A stretch of DNA of 64,000 bases from Heterodontus francisci (lineage: Eukaryota). The DNA lies in contig NC_090405.1 of NCBI RefSeq assembly GCF_036365525.1, positions 55,530,308 to 55,594,307 of the forward strand. The letters run 5' to 3'. Shown one piece after another: positions 10,913 through 23,824 of the stretch. Below the pieces are notes generated by a model. That model saw only the letters and a program-made list of their open reading frames with translations, did no database searches and was not told the origin of the DNA. Positions within the stretch are counted from its first letter, which is position 1. The number at the start of each line of letters is the position of its first letter. The position numbers and the translations under genes were made by a program.

Positions 10913-13900
10913 CAGGGAATTAACCCTCCATAACACAGGGAATAAACCCCCATCCCATAACGCAGGGAATTAATCCCCCTAAAATGCAGGGAATTAATCC
11001 CCCAAAACGCAGGGAATTAATTCCCCCCCAAAACGCAGGGAATTAATCCCCCTAAAATGCAGGGAATTAATCCCCCAAAATGCAGGGAATTAATCCCCCC
11101 ATAATGCAGGGAATTAAACCCCCCCCCATAACGCAGGGAATGAAACCCCCCCAAAATGCAGGGAATTAATCACCCCCCCAACACAGGGAATTAACCCCCC
11201 CAAAACGCAGGGAATTAATTCCCCCCAAAACGCAGGGAATTAATTCCCCCCATAACGCAGGGAATTAACCCCCCCCATACACAGGGAATTAAACCCCCCC
11301 ATAACCCAGGGAATTAACCCCCCCATAACCCAGGGAATTAACCCCCCCATACAAAGGGAATTAAACCCTCCCATAACCCAGGGAATTAACCCCCTCCCAT
11401 AACGCAGGGAATTAACCCCCTCCCCCAATAACGAAGGGAATTAACCGCCTCCATAAAGCAGGGAATTAACCCCCCCCTCCATAAAGCAGGGAATTAACCC
11501 CCCCCCCCATAACCCAGGGAATTAACCTCCCCATAACGCAGGGAATTAACCCCCTCCCAATAACGCAGGGAATTAACCCCCCCTCCCAATAACCCAGGGA
11601 ATTAACCCCCTCCATAACGCAGGGAATTAACCCCCTCCCATAACGCAGGGAATTAACCCCCTCCCCCAATAACGAAGGGAATTAACCGCCTCCATAAAGC
11701 AGGGAATTAACCCCCCCTCCATAAAGCAGGGAATTAAACCCCCCCCCCCATAACGCAGGGAATTAACCCTCCCACAACGCAGGGAATTAGCTCCCCCATA
11801 AAGCAGGGAATTAACCCCCCCCCCCTCCCTCCCATAACGCAGGGATTTAACTCCCCCATAACGCAGGGAATTAGCTCCCCCATAATGCAGGGAATTAACC
11901 CCCCCCTATAACACAGGGAATTAACCCCCTCCCATAACACAGGGAATTAACCCCCCCCCATAACGCAGGGAATTAACCCCCCCCCATAACGCAGGGAATT
12001 AACACCCCCCATAACGCAGGGAATTAACCCCCCCCATAACACAGGGAATTAACCACCCCCCCCCCCATAACGCAGAGAATTAACCCCCCATAACGCAGAG
12101 AATTAACCACCCCCATAACGCAGGGAATTAACCACCTCCATAACGCAGGGAATTAACCACCCCCCCCCCCCCCATAACGCAGGGAATTAACCACCCTCCA
12201 TAACGCAGGGAATTAACACCCTCCATAACGCAGGGAATTAACCACCCTCCATAATGCAGGGAATTAACCACCCTCCATAACGCAGGGAATTAACCATCCC
12301 CCCCCCCCATAACGCAGGGAATTAACCACCCTCCATAATGCAGGGAATTAACACCCTCCATAACGCAGGGAATTAACCACCCTCCATAATGCAGGGAATT
12401 AACCACCCTCCATAATGCAGGGAATTAACCACCCTCCATAATGCAGGGAATTAACCCCCCCCTATAACACAGGGAATTAACCCCCTCCCATAACACAGGG
12501 AATTAACCCCCCCCCATAACGCAGGGAATTAACACCCCCCATAACGCAGGGAATTAACACCCCCCATAACGCAGGGAATTAACCCCCCCCATAACACAGG
12601 GAATTAACCACCCCCCCCCCCCATAACGCAGAGAATTAACCCCCCCCCATAACGCAGGGAATTAACACCCCCCATAACGCAGGGAATTAACCCCCCCCAT
12701 AACACAGGGAATTAACCACCCCCCCCCCCATAACGCAGAGAATTAACCCCCCATAACGCAGAGAATTAACCACCCCCATAACGCAGGGAATTAACCCCCC
12801 CCCATAACGCAGGGAATTAACCACCTCCATAACGCAGGGAATTAACCACCCCCCCCCCATAACGCAGGGAATTAACCACCCTCCATAACGCAGGGAATTA
12901 ACCACCCCCCCCCCATAACGCAGGGAATTAACACCCCCATAACGCAGGGAATTAACCCCCCCATAACACAGGGAATTAACCCCCCCCCATAACGCAGGGA
13001 ATTAACCACCTCCATAACGCAGGGAATTAACCACCCCCCCCCCATAACGCAGGGAATTAACCCCCTCCCATAACACAGGGAATTAACCCCCCCCCATAAC
13101 GCAGGGAATTAACCACCTCCATAACGCAGGGAATTAACCACCCCCCCCCCCCCATAACGCAGGGAATTAACCACCCTCCATAACGCAGGGAATTAACCCC
13201 CCCCCATAACGCAGGGAATTAACCACCTCCATAACGCAGGGAATTAACCACCCCCCCCCCCCCATAACGCAGGGAATTAACCACCCTCCATAACGCAGGG
13301 AATTAACACCCCCATAACGCAGGGAATTAACCACCCCCCCCCCATAACGCAGGGAATTAACCCCCTCCCATAACACAGGGAATTAACCCCCCCCCATAAC
13401 GCAGGGAATTAACACCCCCCATAACGCAGGGAATTAACACCCCCCATAACGCAGGGAATTAACCCCCCCCATAACACAGGGAATTAACCACCCCCCCCCC
13501 CATAACGCAGAGAATTAACCCCCCCCCATAACGCAGGGAATTAACACCCCCCATAACGCAGGGAATTAACACCCCCCATAACGCAGGGAATTAACCCCCC
13601 CCATAACACAGGGAATTAACCACCCCCCCCCCCATAACGCAGAGAATTAACCCCCCATAACGCAGAGAATTAACCACCCCCATAACGCAGGGAATTAACC
13701 CCCCCCCATAACGCAGGGAATTAACCACCTCCATAACGCAGGGAATTAACCACCCCCCCCCCCATAACGCAGGGAATTAACCACCCTCCATAACGCAGGG
13801 AATTAACACCCCCATAACGCAGGGAATTAACCCCCCCATAACACAGGGAATTAACCACCCCCCCCCCATAACGCAGGGAATTGACCCCCCCATAACACAG

Positions 13901-14545
13901 GGAATTAACCACCCCCCCCCCCATAACGCAGGGAATTAACCCCCCCATAACACAGGGAATTAACCACCCCCCCCCCATAACGCAGAGAATTAACCCCCCA
14001 TAATGCAGGGAATTAACCCCCCCCCATAACGCAGAGAATTAACCCCCCATAATGCAGGGAATTAACCCCCCCCCATAACGCAGGGAATTAACCCCCCCCC
14101 ATAACGCAGGGAATTAACCCCCCCCCCATAACGCAGAGAATTAACCCCCCATAACGCAGGGAATTAACCCCCCCCCCATAACGCAGGGAATTAACCCCCC
14201 CCCCATAACGCAGAGAATTAACCCCCCCCCCATAACGCAGGGAATTAACCCCCCCCCCATAACGCAGGGAATTAACCCCCCCCCATAACGCAGGGAATTA
14301 ACCCCCCCCCCCCATAACGCAGAGAATTAACCCCCCATAACGCAGGGAATTAACCCCCCCCATAACGCAGGGAATTAACCCCCCCCCCCATAACGCAGAG
14401 AATTAACCCCCCCCCCATAACGCAGGGAATTAACCCCCCCCCCCCATAACGCAGAGAATTAACCCCCCCCCCATAACGCAGGGAATTAACCCCCCCCATA
14501 ACGCAGGGAATTAACCACCCCCCATAACGCAGGGAATTAACCCCT
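10913..14545 (+). repeat. Minisatellite (CATAACGCAGGGAATTAA + variable C-run)n, ~24-32-bp unit
   Basis: More than 100 units filling most of the intron between exons 17 and 18. Confidence 0.96.
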
Positions 14546-14685
14546 CCCCTACCCCCATTGTCCAATAACCAGTCAGCATTTGGTGTTGTGATGCAGAAAC
14601 ATGTCCCTAACTACAGCACTGTTCAGTACAGACCTGTAAAAAAAGAGACTCAGCCTGTAACCAGACTGGCAGACATAGGACTCAC

Positions 14686-14921
14686 CTTGTACTTAGTGTT
14701 GGCAGGGTAGTTGGTCTTCCAGCGTACCGTGTAGAACCGTGCATCAGTGATCTTTTGGTTCTTAGGCAGTGAGCTATCAGCCCAGGTGACCCGGATGGTG
14801 TCGTGGGTAAGGACAGTAGCCTGGACTCCGACCGGGGGCAGCATGGGACTGGGGTCTGGTACTGGAGTGTATGGATTATTGACAAGATCAAATATATAAA
14901 CTTTGGAAGGGTCAAAAGGGT
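14686..14921 (-). CDS. NEO1: NEO1 exon ~17, long form 236 nt (short form starts at 14861, 176 nt); FN4-FN5 linker and FN5
   Basis: ccctcag|AC CCT TTT GAC... encodes [20 protein letters not shown]; internal ccag|TA CCA GAC... encodes [59 protein letters not shown]; donor gtgagt. Confidence 0.93.
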
Positions 14922-15704
14922 CTGAGGGATAAATTAAATAAGAGTAATGTTTGCAAAAAAGGTAAATAATAAATCATGCAAGGAAAAAGGGAAAGTAGCC
15001 ACAGATAGTGATCCCCGTGAGATCCAGGCAGCAGGAAAGAATGAAATGGAGGAGAAAGAAACAGAGAAACCAAGATTACCGATTAGAGCAAGCATTCAAC
15101 ATATTAACTATTTAACATGAGTTAATTTGTGAAACTAGCAGGACAGCCCTTTCTTAATTTACCAGGCACACGTGCAGATATAAATTGGACAATCACTCAC
15201 AACACAATAGCCAGGCAGTTGCACACTGAACATGAGGTAGTTGGTGTCTGTGGCCATTCACCTAGATGTGTCGCTCCCTTCAGGAGAGGAAGGGGGAGCC
15301 TCGATCATAGCTGAGATTCAGCTGTTGCTTGCAGCTTGAAGTTAAAGCTACAATGATCCCCTTTTCTTGACACTTTGGTGACTCTCTTGCCTTCCCTTCA
15401 CTGATTCTCCCATTCCCCCACTCCCTTTTCTTTCCACATCCTCCTTCCCCAACGCCTGTAATTTCTCCAACTTCCAGTCGCAACTGGGAGGAGAATATTA
15501 ACTGAGCCACCAACAGACACAAAGATTAGCCCAACAGTCTTTATAATTCAGGTTACGTATGTTCAGAGTATGTTTGTTGTAGAGGTAACTAACTACAGCA
15601 AAACACTGGATTCAATACGAGCTTATAACACACCCTTCCTCAAACAGCATCCAACCCATCGTTTACTGAGGATAGAACAGTCCTCAATTGGCCATGGCTA
15701 AACA

Positions 15705-16282
15705 GAAGGGATTGATACAACTGTACAGGGCATTGATGAGACCACACCTAGAGTATTGTGTACAGTTTTGGTCTTACTTAAGGAGGGATATTCTTGCATT
15801 GGAAGCAGTTCAGAGAAGGTTCACTTGGCTGATTCCTGGGATGAAGGGGTTATCTTATGAGGAAAGGTTGAGCAGGTTGGGCTTATACTCATTGGAGTTT
15901 CAAACAATGAGGTGATCTTATTGAAACATTTAAGATTCTGAGGGGGCTTGACAGGGTAGATGGCGAGAGGATGTTTCCCCTCGTGGCGGAATCTAGAACT
16001 CGGGGTCACATTTTCAGAATAAGGGGTCTCCTTAAGATGGAGATCGGGAGAAATTCCTTCTCTCAGAGGACCGTTAATTTTTGGAATTCTCTTCCCCAGA
16101 TAGCAGTGGAGGCTGGGTCATTGAATATATTCAAGGCTGAGTGAGACAGATTTTGATCTACAAAGGAGTCAAGGGTTATCAGAGTTGAGGCCACGATCAG
16201 ATCAGCCATGATTTTACTGAATGGCGGAGCAGGCTCGAGGGGCTGAATGGCCTCCTCCTGCTCCTCCTTCTTATGTTCTTAT
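15705..16282 (+). mobile_element. CR1 LINE 3' fragment
   Basis: LYRALMRPHLEYCVQFWS...VQRRFT, CR1 3'UTR. Confidence 0.92.
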
Positions 16283-16672
16283 GATCTTCTGATAGCCTGT
16301 GACAGCTAGGAGTCTCTCCCACTAGGAAATCCATGGATGGCAAAACACAAGGAGCAATTCTCCAAAGCATACCCACGTGGGCAAGGCTCTCTACTTGGAG
16401 CACACATTCAGAAAATCAACCCTGGAGTTCTAAATTTCAGGAAAGGACGTTTCCCTGAGTAAGGAGGTACTAATTTTGGCAGATAATTATCGGGATATCA
16501 GCAGGAGTCACAGAGATACCCGCTACCAGAATATCACACTTTTCCACCTAGAATCAGGTAGCAAGGCAAGGATTAGATCGTTATTTGTGAAGGTGCAGAC
16601 AGTCCAAGTAACACAGCAGCTTCTCGGTAAGTCAGAGAGTGAAAGCAGAAACTTGTAATCTTTTCCTGTTAC

Positions 16673-16768
16673 CGGTTAGAGGCCTGGTGGCTGTGCTCTC
16701 ATAGAGAGGAATTCCTTCTCCAATCTTGTTATAAGCTTTAAGTGTGATCACGTAGTGTGAGTTGGGCT
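16673..16768 (-). CDS. NEO1: NEO1 exon ~16 (96 nt), FN4 end
   Basis: ttccag|AG CCC AAC...CTA ACC G|gtaaca; [32 protein letters not shown]. Confidence 0.95.
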
Positions 16769-17679
16769 CTGGAACAAGAGAACGGAGAAATTACTGATCA
16801 TCTGTGGAGATCCATTCTCTTCACACTGTTACATATAGAGCGCTGCTTTGTACTAAGCTCTAGAGACACACCCAAAGATTCAATCCCACTCTATGCTGCG
16901 TGAGCTAATCTCAATGGTGGGATGAATGTTAAGATCACCATCAATTCAGGAAGGTTGCAGATAGGAATTTCAGGCCTCCAGCTCCTGATTGCTGCCCAGC
17001 AACTGCTCCTAGAAAGTGGAGGTGAGGACATGATCAGGCCAAGTGTGGTGGATTTTGTGATAGAAGAGCCTCCTGACACCTTCTTGGCTCAGACATGAAG
17101 AATGGTCACTTGGGGTAATCACCCATGGGATCCCTACCCTATGGATTTATTGATAAGAACACCAATAATTATTCAATGGTCTGCAACTGCATAGAGCAGA
17201 AAAATCAAATCTCCACAGATGCTGAAAGACCTGTTGAGTATTTCCAGCACTTTCTTGTTTGTATATCAAAAGGAAGGCATTCCTCACGCTGATACTATCA
17301 TCCAGCATTTCAGCTCCTAAACAAGAGTCAGTGGCTGGGGTCACTGCTTATATTAAGCATCACCAATGTCCTTGAACACACTTTCATTACCTCAGAGATA
17401 AACTCCTCCTTAAATAAACTCCGACTGGTCCAAAACCCTCCACCTGCATCCTGTGTCACACTGCATCTTGCTTATCAATTACCCCTGTCCTCATCACCCT
17501 TCACTAGCTCTCCCTGCATACCAATTTCGAAATTCAGATTGCTGTCTACAAACCTTTCCATAAGTGGGCCCATACTCACTCTGCAACCTCCTGCAGCCTG
17601 ACATCCAGCCCTCCAGTGGTCCCCCTTCTCTTTGGCACTCCTCACATAGCAGCAAGGTTTTCAGTATTGACATTGAATC

Positions 17680-19765
17680 CGATCGCCCTCACACCGTCCC
17701 TTATCCCTCACCCCGTCCCTTATCCCTCACCCTGTCCCATCGCCCTCAGCCCCGCCTCTTCCCCCTCAGCCCCGTCCCTTCCCCCTCACCATCGCCCTCG
17801 CCCCGTCCCATCACCCTCAGCCCCGTTCCATCGCCCTCAGCCCCGTCCCATCGCCCTCGCCCCGTCACATCACCCTCGCCCCGTCCCTTCGCCCTCGCCC
17901 CGTCCCTTCGCCCTCACCATCGCCCTCACCCCGTCCCATCGCCCTCACCCCGTCCCATCGCCCTCACCCCGTCCCATCGCCCTCACCCCGTCCCATCGCC
18001 CTCACCGCTTCCCTTTGCCCTCACCGCTTCCCTTTGCCCTCATCCCGTCCCTTCACCCTCACCCCGTGCCATCCCCCTCAGCCCCGTCCCATCGCCCTCA
18101 GCCCCGTCCCATCGCCCTCAACCCGTCCCTTCCCCCTCATCCTGTCCTTTCCCCCTCACCCCGTCCCTTCCCCCTCACCCCGTCCTTTCCCCCTCACCCC
18201 GTCCCATCCCCCTCACCCCGTCCCATCCCCCTCACCCCGTCCCATCGCTCTTACCCCGTCCCATCGCCCTCACCCCGTCCCTTCCCCCTCACCCCGTCCC
18301 TTGTCCCTCACCCCGACCCTTCCCCCTCACCCCGTCCCTTCCCCCTCACCCCGCCCCATCGCCCTCACCGCGTCCCATCCGTCTCACCCCGTCCCATCGT
18401 CCTCATCCCGTTCCTTCCCCCTCATCCCGTCCTTTCCCCCTCACCCCGTCCCTTCCCCCTCACCCCGTCCCATCCCCCTCACCCCGTCCCATCGCCCTCA
18501 ACCCGTCCCATCCCCCTCACCCCGTCCCTTCCCCTCACCCCGTCCCATCCCCCTCACCCCGTCCCATCCCCCTCACCCCGTCCCATCCCCCTCACCCCGT
18601 CCCATCGCCTTCACCGCCTCCCTTCGCCCTCACCCCGTCCCATCGCCCTCACCGCCTCCCTTCGCCCTCACCCCGTCCCTTCGCCCTCACCGCCTCCCTT
18701 CGCCCTCACCCCGTCCCTTCGCCCTCACAGCCTCCCTTCGCCCTCACTGCCTCCCTTCGCCCTCACCGCCTCCCTTCGCCCTCACCCCGTCCCTTCGCCC
18801 TCACCCCGTCCCTTCGCCCTCACCCCGTGCCATCCCCCTCAGCCCCGTCCCATCGCCCTCAGCCCCGTCCCATCGCCCTCAGCCCCGTCCCATCGCCCTC
18901 AGCCCGTCCTTTCCCCCTCACCCCGTCCCTTCCCCCTCACCCCGTCCCTTCCCCCTCACCCCGTCCCTTCCCCCTCACCCCGTCCCTTGTCCCTCACCCC
19001 GTCCCTTCCCCCTCACCCCGTCCCTTCCCCCTCACCCCGTCCCTTCCCCCTCCGTCCCATCGCCCTCACCCCGTCCCATCGCCCTCACCCCGTCCCTTGT
19101 CCCTCACCCCGTCACTTCCCCTTCACCCCGTCCCTTGGCCCTCACCCCGTCCCATCGCCCTCATCCCGTCCCTTCGCCCTCACCCCGTGCCATCGCCCTC
19201 ACCCCGTCCCTTCCCCCTCACCCCGTCCCTTCCCCCTCACCCCGTCCCATCGCCCTCACCCCGTCCCTTCGCCCTCACCCCGTCCCTTCGCCCTCACCCC
19301 TGTCCCATCGCCCTCACCCCGTCCCTTCCCCCTCACCCCGTCCTTTCCCCCTCACCCAGTTCCTTCCCCCTCACCCCGTCCCATGTCCCTCACCCCATCC
19401 CTTCCCCCTCACCCCGTCCTTTCCCCCTCACCCCGTCCCTTCCCCCTCACCCCGTCCCATCGCTCTCACCCAGTCCCTTGTCCCTCACCCCCTCCCTTCG
19501 CCCTCACCCCGTCCCTTGTCCCTCACCCCCTCCCTTGTCCCTCACCCCCTCCCTTGTCCCTCACCCCGTGCCATCGCCCTCACCCCGTCCCTTCGCCCTC
19601 ACCCCGTCCCTTCGCCCACACCGCCTCCCTTCGCCCTCACCCCGTCCCATCGCCCTCACCCAGTCCCATCGCCCTCACCCCGTTCCATCACCCTCACCCC
19701 GTCCCATCGCCCTCACCCCGTCCCATCGCCCTCACCCCGTCCCATCGCCCTCACCCCGTCCAATC
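17680..19765 (+). repeat. 19-bp C-rich minisatellite (CCCTCACCCCGTCCCATCG and variants)n
   Basis: About 110 units; source of the three Pro-rich ORFs. Confidence 0.95.
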
Positions 19766-19889
19766 GTGACCAAACAATCACTGACTTCGTGGCTCCAATC
19801 TTCATCTTTTTAAACAACCTTTCAAGTCCAATTACATTTTTTGTTGTTTATCTGCATAAACTGAAAAAGTGAAAAACGGATTTGGAATC

Positions 19890-20011
19890 GGAAGGTAGGT
19901 AAAGTGAACATTCCGGTGGTCGGGTCGGGCTCAGGTCAGGTCGGGCACGGGAAAAAATGGAAGGACTCGGTCAGGGTCGGGTTTTTTTTCCCTGACCTGA
20001 GCAGGCCTTTA
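19890..20011. mobile_element. Possible DNA transposon end (hAT-like subterminal CGGGT repeats)
   Basis: CGGGTCGGGCTCAGGTCAGGTCGGG...CCTGACCTGAGCAGGCCTTTA; partner end not found. Confidence 0.35.
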
Positions 20012-20048
20012 CCACATGCAATGCCTCAGGAGCAGCCCTGTCACTCAC

Positions 20049-20243
20049 CCAGGTTCTCAATGGTGTAATAGCGTTGCTTATAGTCGACACGAATGGTTTC
20101 TGCATGAGGGCTGCCAATGCCATAGCCAATGGCATAACCTCTCACAACAATGTTCTGGTTTTCGGGGGGTGTCCAGCTCACAACAATGTTGTTAATCAAA
20201 GGTCGGACATGGAGAGAGCTGGGCTTGTCTGGGACCCGGGATT
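20049..20243 (-). CDS. NEO1: NEO1 exon ~15 (195 nt), FN4
   Basis: ttacag|AA TCC...AAC CTG G|gtgagt; [65 protein letters not shown]. Confidence 0.96.
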
Positions 20244-20966
20244 CTGTAAAATATACAACAATTATCACAACCCAACATAACAAAACACAGTAATCAGACA
20301 GGAGAGAACTACCCATCTAGTGCTATAAGTATATGTGTGAGAGAGAGGGAAACAGAAAATGCTGGACGTGCAGAGATAGATAGGTGTATATAGATAGAAA
20401 TACACAGAGAAACGATCATACAGACATATGGTAAGACACAGAATGTGAGGCAGAAATGTAAGGAAGAGCAAGAAATGATGTCACTGACTAATGGAGATTG
20501 TCTACAAGTGTGTGTGAGCAGAGGAACACAGACAGCACTGTGGTCCTGCCCAGTGTATAAATCTAGGTCTCTGTGCACAAAACTCAAGTCTGACCAGAGA
20601 CCAAAGGTAGCATGAGTCTAGATGGCAATCTAACATGCTCTAATCACCCTTACTGAACTACCTTTTTCAAAAATTGGAGTATTTGATGAGGGCAGTGTAG
20701 AGGGAGCTTTACTCTGTATCTAACCCGTGCTATACCTGTGCAGGGAGCGTTTGATCCAGACACTAGGTGCCTGAAATGGCAAGAGGTTCCATCCCCCAGC
20801 ACCAATATCCCTCTCAGAAGTTTAGCTTTCTGGATAACACAATGAATCTGGGGGTAGTAGCAGATTTAAGTGTTTTAAGATTACATTAGACACAGACATG
20901 AAGACTTACATCTGAAAAGATATGGTAACCATTTTCATTCCATTCTATTTTAATTATGATCCTTAC

Positions 20967-21077
20967 CATCTAGATCACTTTCAAAGGTTTCAGCAGATAC
21001 CCAGTCAGAGGATGGCCCTGTGCCATTTACTGTAATGGCAGAGACTCTGAAGCTGTACTCAGTGTTCCGCTCCAGTC
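20967..21077 (-). CDS. NEO1: NEO1 exon ~14 (111 nt), FN3 end
   Basis: ttgcag|GA CTG GAG...CTA GAT G|gtaagg; [37 protein letters not shown]. Confidence 0.95.
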
Positions 21078-21479
21078 CTGCAACACAACACAGAGGTAAA
21101 ACTGGGTATATTCGAGTTCCCCTCAGGCTGTTTCAATGTGACCCACAAACAGCCTCCCCAGAGTCCCAGACACAGACAGCAGAGGGCATCAGGAGCTTTA
21201 TAATTAGAGAAATCAATCCAAGCTCGAACAATGTGGTTTGACTCTTTGACAACTCAGTTTTTCTGCGCGAGTTGGGAAATCATTAGATCAGTCCCTGCAT
21301 GCTGTGTGGATGCTTAAGCTCACAACTAATAATGCTGATCACAGACTGACCAACATGACAGTGTCCCTCAGACTGAACAAAGTAGGGGAAGGAGGGAAGG
21401 AGGCTCAATCTAAAACCAAATCATATCAAAGCCGCAGCAAATATGGCCCATTACAGAATGTCTGCAGCAAATAAAACCC

Positions 21480-22480
21480 AAAAACACTCCACATCCCATC
21501 CCCTAAACCCACCCCAAACATCCTGAATCCATCCCATCCCCTAAACCCACCCTAGCCCCTAAAAACACCCCATGCCCTAAAAACACCCCATCCCCCCTAA
21601 ACCCACCCCAAACATCCTGAACCCATCCCATCCCCTAAACCCACCCTATCCCCTAAAAACACCCCATGCCCTAAAAACATCCCATCCCCCCTAAACCCAC
21701 CCCAAACATCCTGAACCCATCCCATCCCCTAAACCCACCCTATCCCCAGAAACACCCCATGCCCTAAAAACACCCCATCCCCTAAAAACACCCACCCCCC
21801 TAAAACCACCCCAAACATCCTGAACTCACCCCATCCCCTAAACCCACCCCATCCCCTAAAAACACCCCATGTCCCCTAAACCCACCCCAAACATCCTAAA
21901 CCCACCTCGTAACCCAAACCCACTCCGCACCCCACCGCTAAACCCACTCCAAACACCCCACATCCATTGCACAACCCAAACTCCACCCCACAAACACACC
22001 CCAAATACCAAAAACCCAGCCACATCGCACCCCACCTCCTAAACAAACCCCAAACCCATCCAAAACCCTAAACTCACTCCAAACCCATTCCAAACATCTC
22101 AAACCCACCCTGCACCAAACCCTAAACCCAGCCTAAACACCCCACATCTATGCCATACCTGCCCCGCAACACAAACCCACCCCACACCCTGAACTCACCC
22201 CAAAACCCATCTCAAACACACCAAACCCACCCCACACCCCAATCCCTAAATACCTCACATCCACCCTGCAGCCTAAATCCACCCCACACCCCAAGTCCAC
22301 CCCACACCACAAACCCACCCCTTACTCACCCTACACCTGGTAACCAAAATCAATACAAACGCACCCTATACCCCTAACCCACAACCTAAACCCACCCCAA
22401 ACCCCACACCCACTCAAAACCCACTGCACACTCAAAACACAACCCCAAATCACTCCAAACCTCATCACCAGCCCACACTT
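21480..22480 (+). repeat. C/A-rich low-complexity tract with a ~92-bp higher-order repeat (3-4 copies, ~21495-21900)
   Basis: Recurring CCCTAAACCCACCCCAAACATCCTGAA. Confidence 0.85.
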
Positions 22481-23064
22481 CAAACGGATTTGGGGTTTAT
22501 ATGGAAATATGTATTTCATGAGGGCACATTAGTTGAAGGACTGTAGCATCACATTGTTGCCACTGGAGGCCCTCAATGAACTAAAGAAATACCTGCTCTC
22601 TTGTCTGGTGTTATTCAATTTACTCTGCACAAACCCCAGCCCAGAGCCAGATACATGCGAGCTTTGACAGCCAGTATCAACCATGAGAACACCACAGTTC
22701 AGCCTGATCCAACCCTGTCTTATCCATACTTTCCAGCTGGATAGTCATCAGAACTGGGAACTCAAATCTTTCCTCACCTAGGCCAAGATACTGAGGACAA
22801 TTGTAGCAACCCTATCACTTCCCCGAGTTGAGTGGATGGTAATGGTGGTTGGGGGAGGGGAAAAGGATGGGCGCAGAGGTAAGGAAAGAGGCCTTTACTG
22901 GTGCACATGAGTCAATCCATTCTCTAGATTAAACCACTGAGTGATTGGGAAAGGTAGGCTTACCAGGACACATTAAAGACAACACACCTGAGAATCACCA
23001 TTCTTTCACCTGTGCAAAGTAACCTCAGGAAGTTTGTTATGTTTGAAGAGCTAGACTGACTCAC

Positions 23065-23206
23065 CATCTATTATCTGAGAAAGCTGATTCCCTCCAGTTG
23101 TGTCCGTCTCCCCACGGCGACCTCCTTTCTTGTATCGAATATTGTAACCGGTGATCACACCATTGTGGGTCCCTGGAGGAGGTGGCTGCCAGTGTACCAC
23201 AATGCT
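23065..23206 (-). CDS. NEO1: NEO1 exon ~13 (142 nt), FN3
   Basis: tcccag|AGC ATT...ATA GAT G|gtgagt; [47 protein letters not shown]. Confidence 0.94.
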
Positions 23207-23299
23207 CTGGGAAAAGGAAACACAGAAGACATACAGCACCACCACACGTACCAAACACAACAATCACACCACCTCAGCTATCAAACGCAACAATGATGG

Positions 23300-23760
23300 C
23301 ACTCAGAGGGTTAAATTATGAGGACAGGTTGCATAGCTTAGATTTATATTCCAATTAGGCTTACATTCCCTCAAGTTTAGAAGATTAAGGAGTGATCTAA
23401 TTGAGATATCTCAGATGCTTAATGGATTTGAAAGAGTAAATAAAAACTATTTCTTCTGGTGGGAGAATCTAGAACAAGGGGATAACATTAAAATTAGCGC
23501 CAGGCCGTTCAGGGGTGATGTCAGGAAGCACTTCTTGACACAAAAGGTCTTGGAAATCTGGAACTGTCTCGCTCCAAAAGGATGCAGAGGCGAGGGGTCA
23601 AATGAAAATTTCAAAACTGACATTGATAGACTTTTATTGGGTAAGGGTATTAACGGTTATGGATCCAAGGCAGACAGACGGAGTTAAGGTACAGATCAGT
23701 CATGATCTAACTGAATGGCAAAACAGTCTTGAGCTGAACAGCCTCCTCCTGTTCCTGTGG
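23300..23760 (+). mobile_element. CR1 LINE 3' fragment
   Basis: RPFRGDVRKHFLTQKVLEIWNCL, GATCAGTCATGATC, CCTCCTCCTGTTCCT. Confidence 0.85.
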
Positions 23761-23774
23761 CTAAAAGCACTGAC

Positions 23775-23824
23775 CTTGGAATTGCGAACTTCCAGCGTGA
23801 CATTCTGTGGAGGTGCACTGGGGA
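23775..23824 (-). CDS. NEO1: NEO1 exon ~12 (50 nt), FN3 start
   Basis: tttcag|TC CCC AGT...TCC AAG|gtcagt; VPSAPPQNVTLEVRNSK. Confidence 0.94.

Noticed and set aside
10913-14545. CRISPR-like look (constant core with variable spacer)
   Set aside because: The spacers are only C-runs, there are no cas genes, and the context is a vertebrate intron.
17564-19872. Three overlapping 612-749 aa Pro-rich ORFs
   Set aside because: Translation of a stop-free 19-bp minisatellite, open in all three frames, antisense within a NEO1 intron.
21480-22480. CCCTAAA telomere-like motifs
   Set aside because: Dispersed in low-complexity sequence, not tandem, and not the vertebrate TTAGGG repeat.
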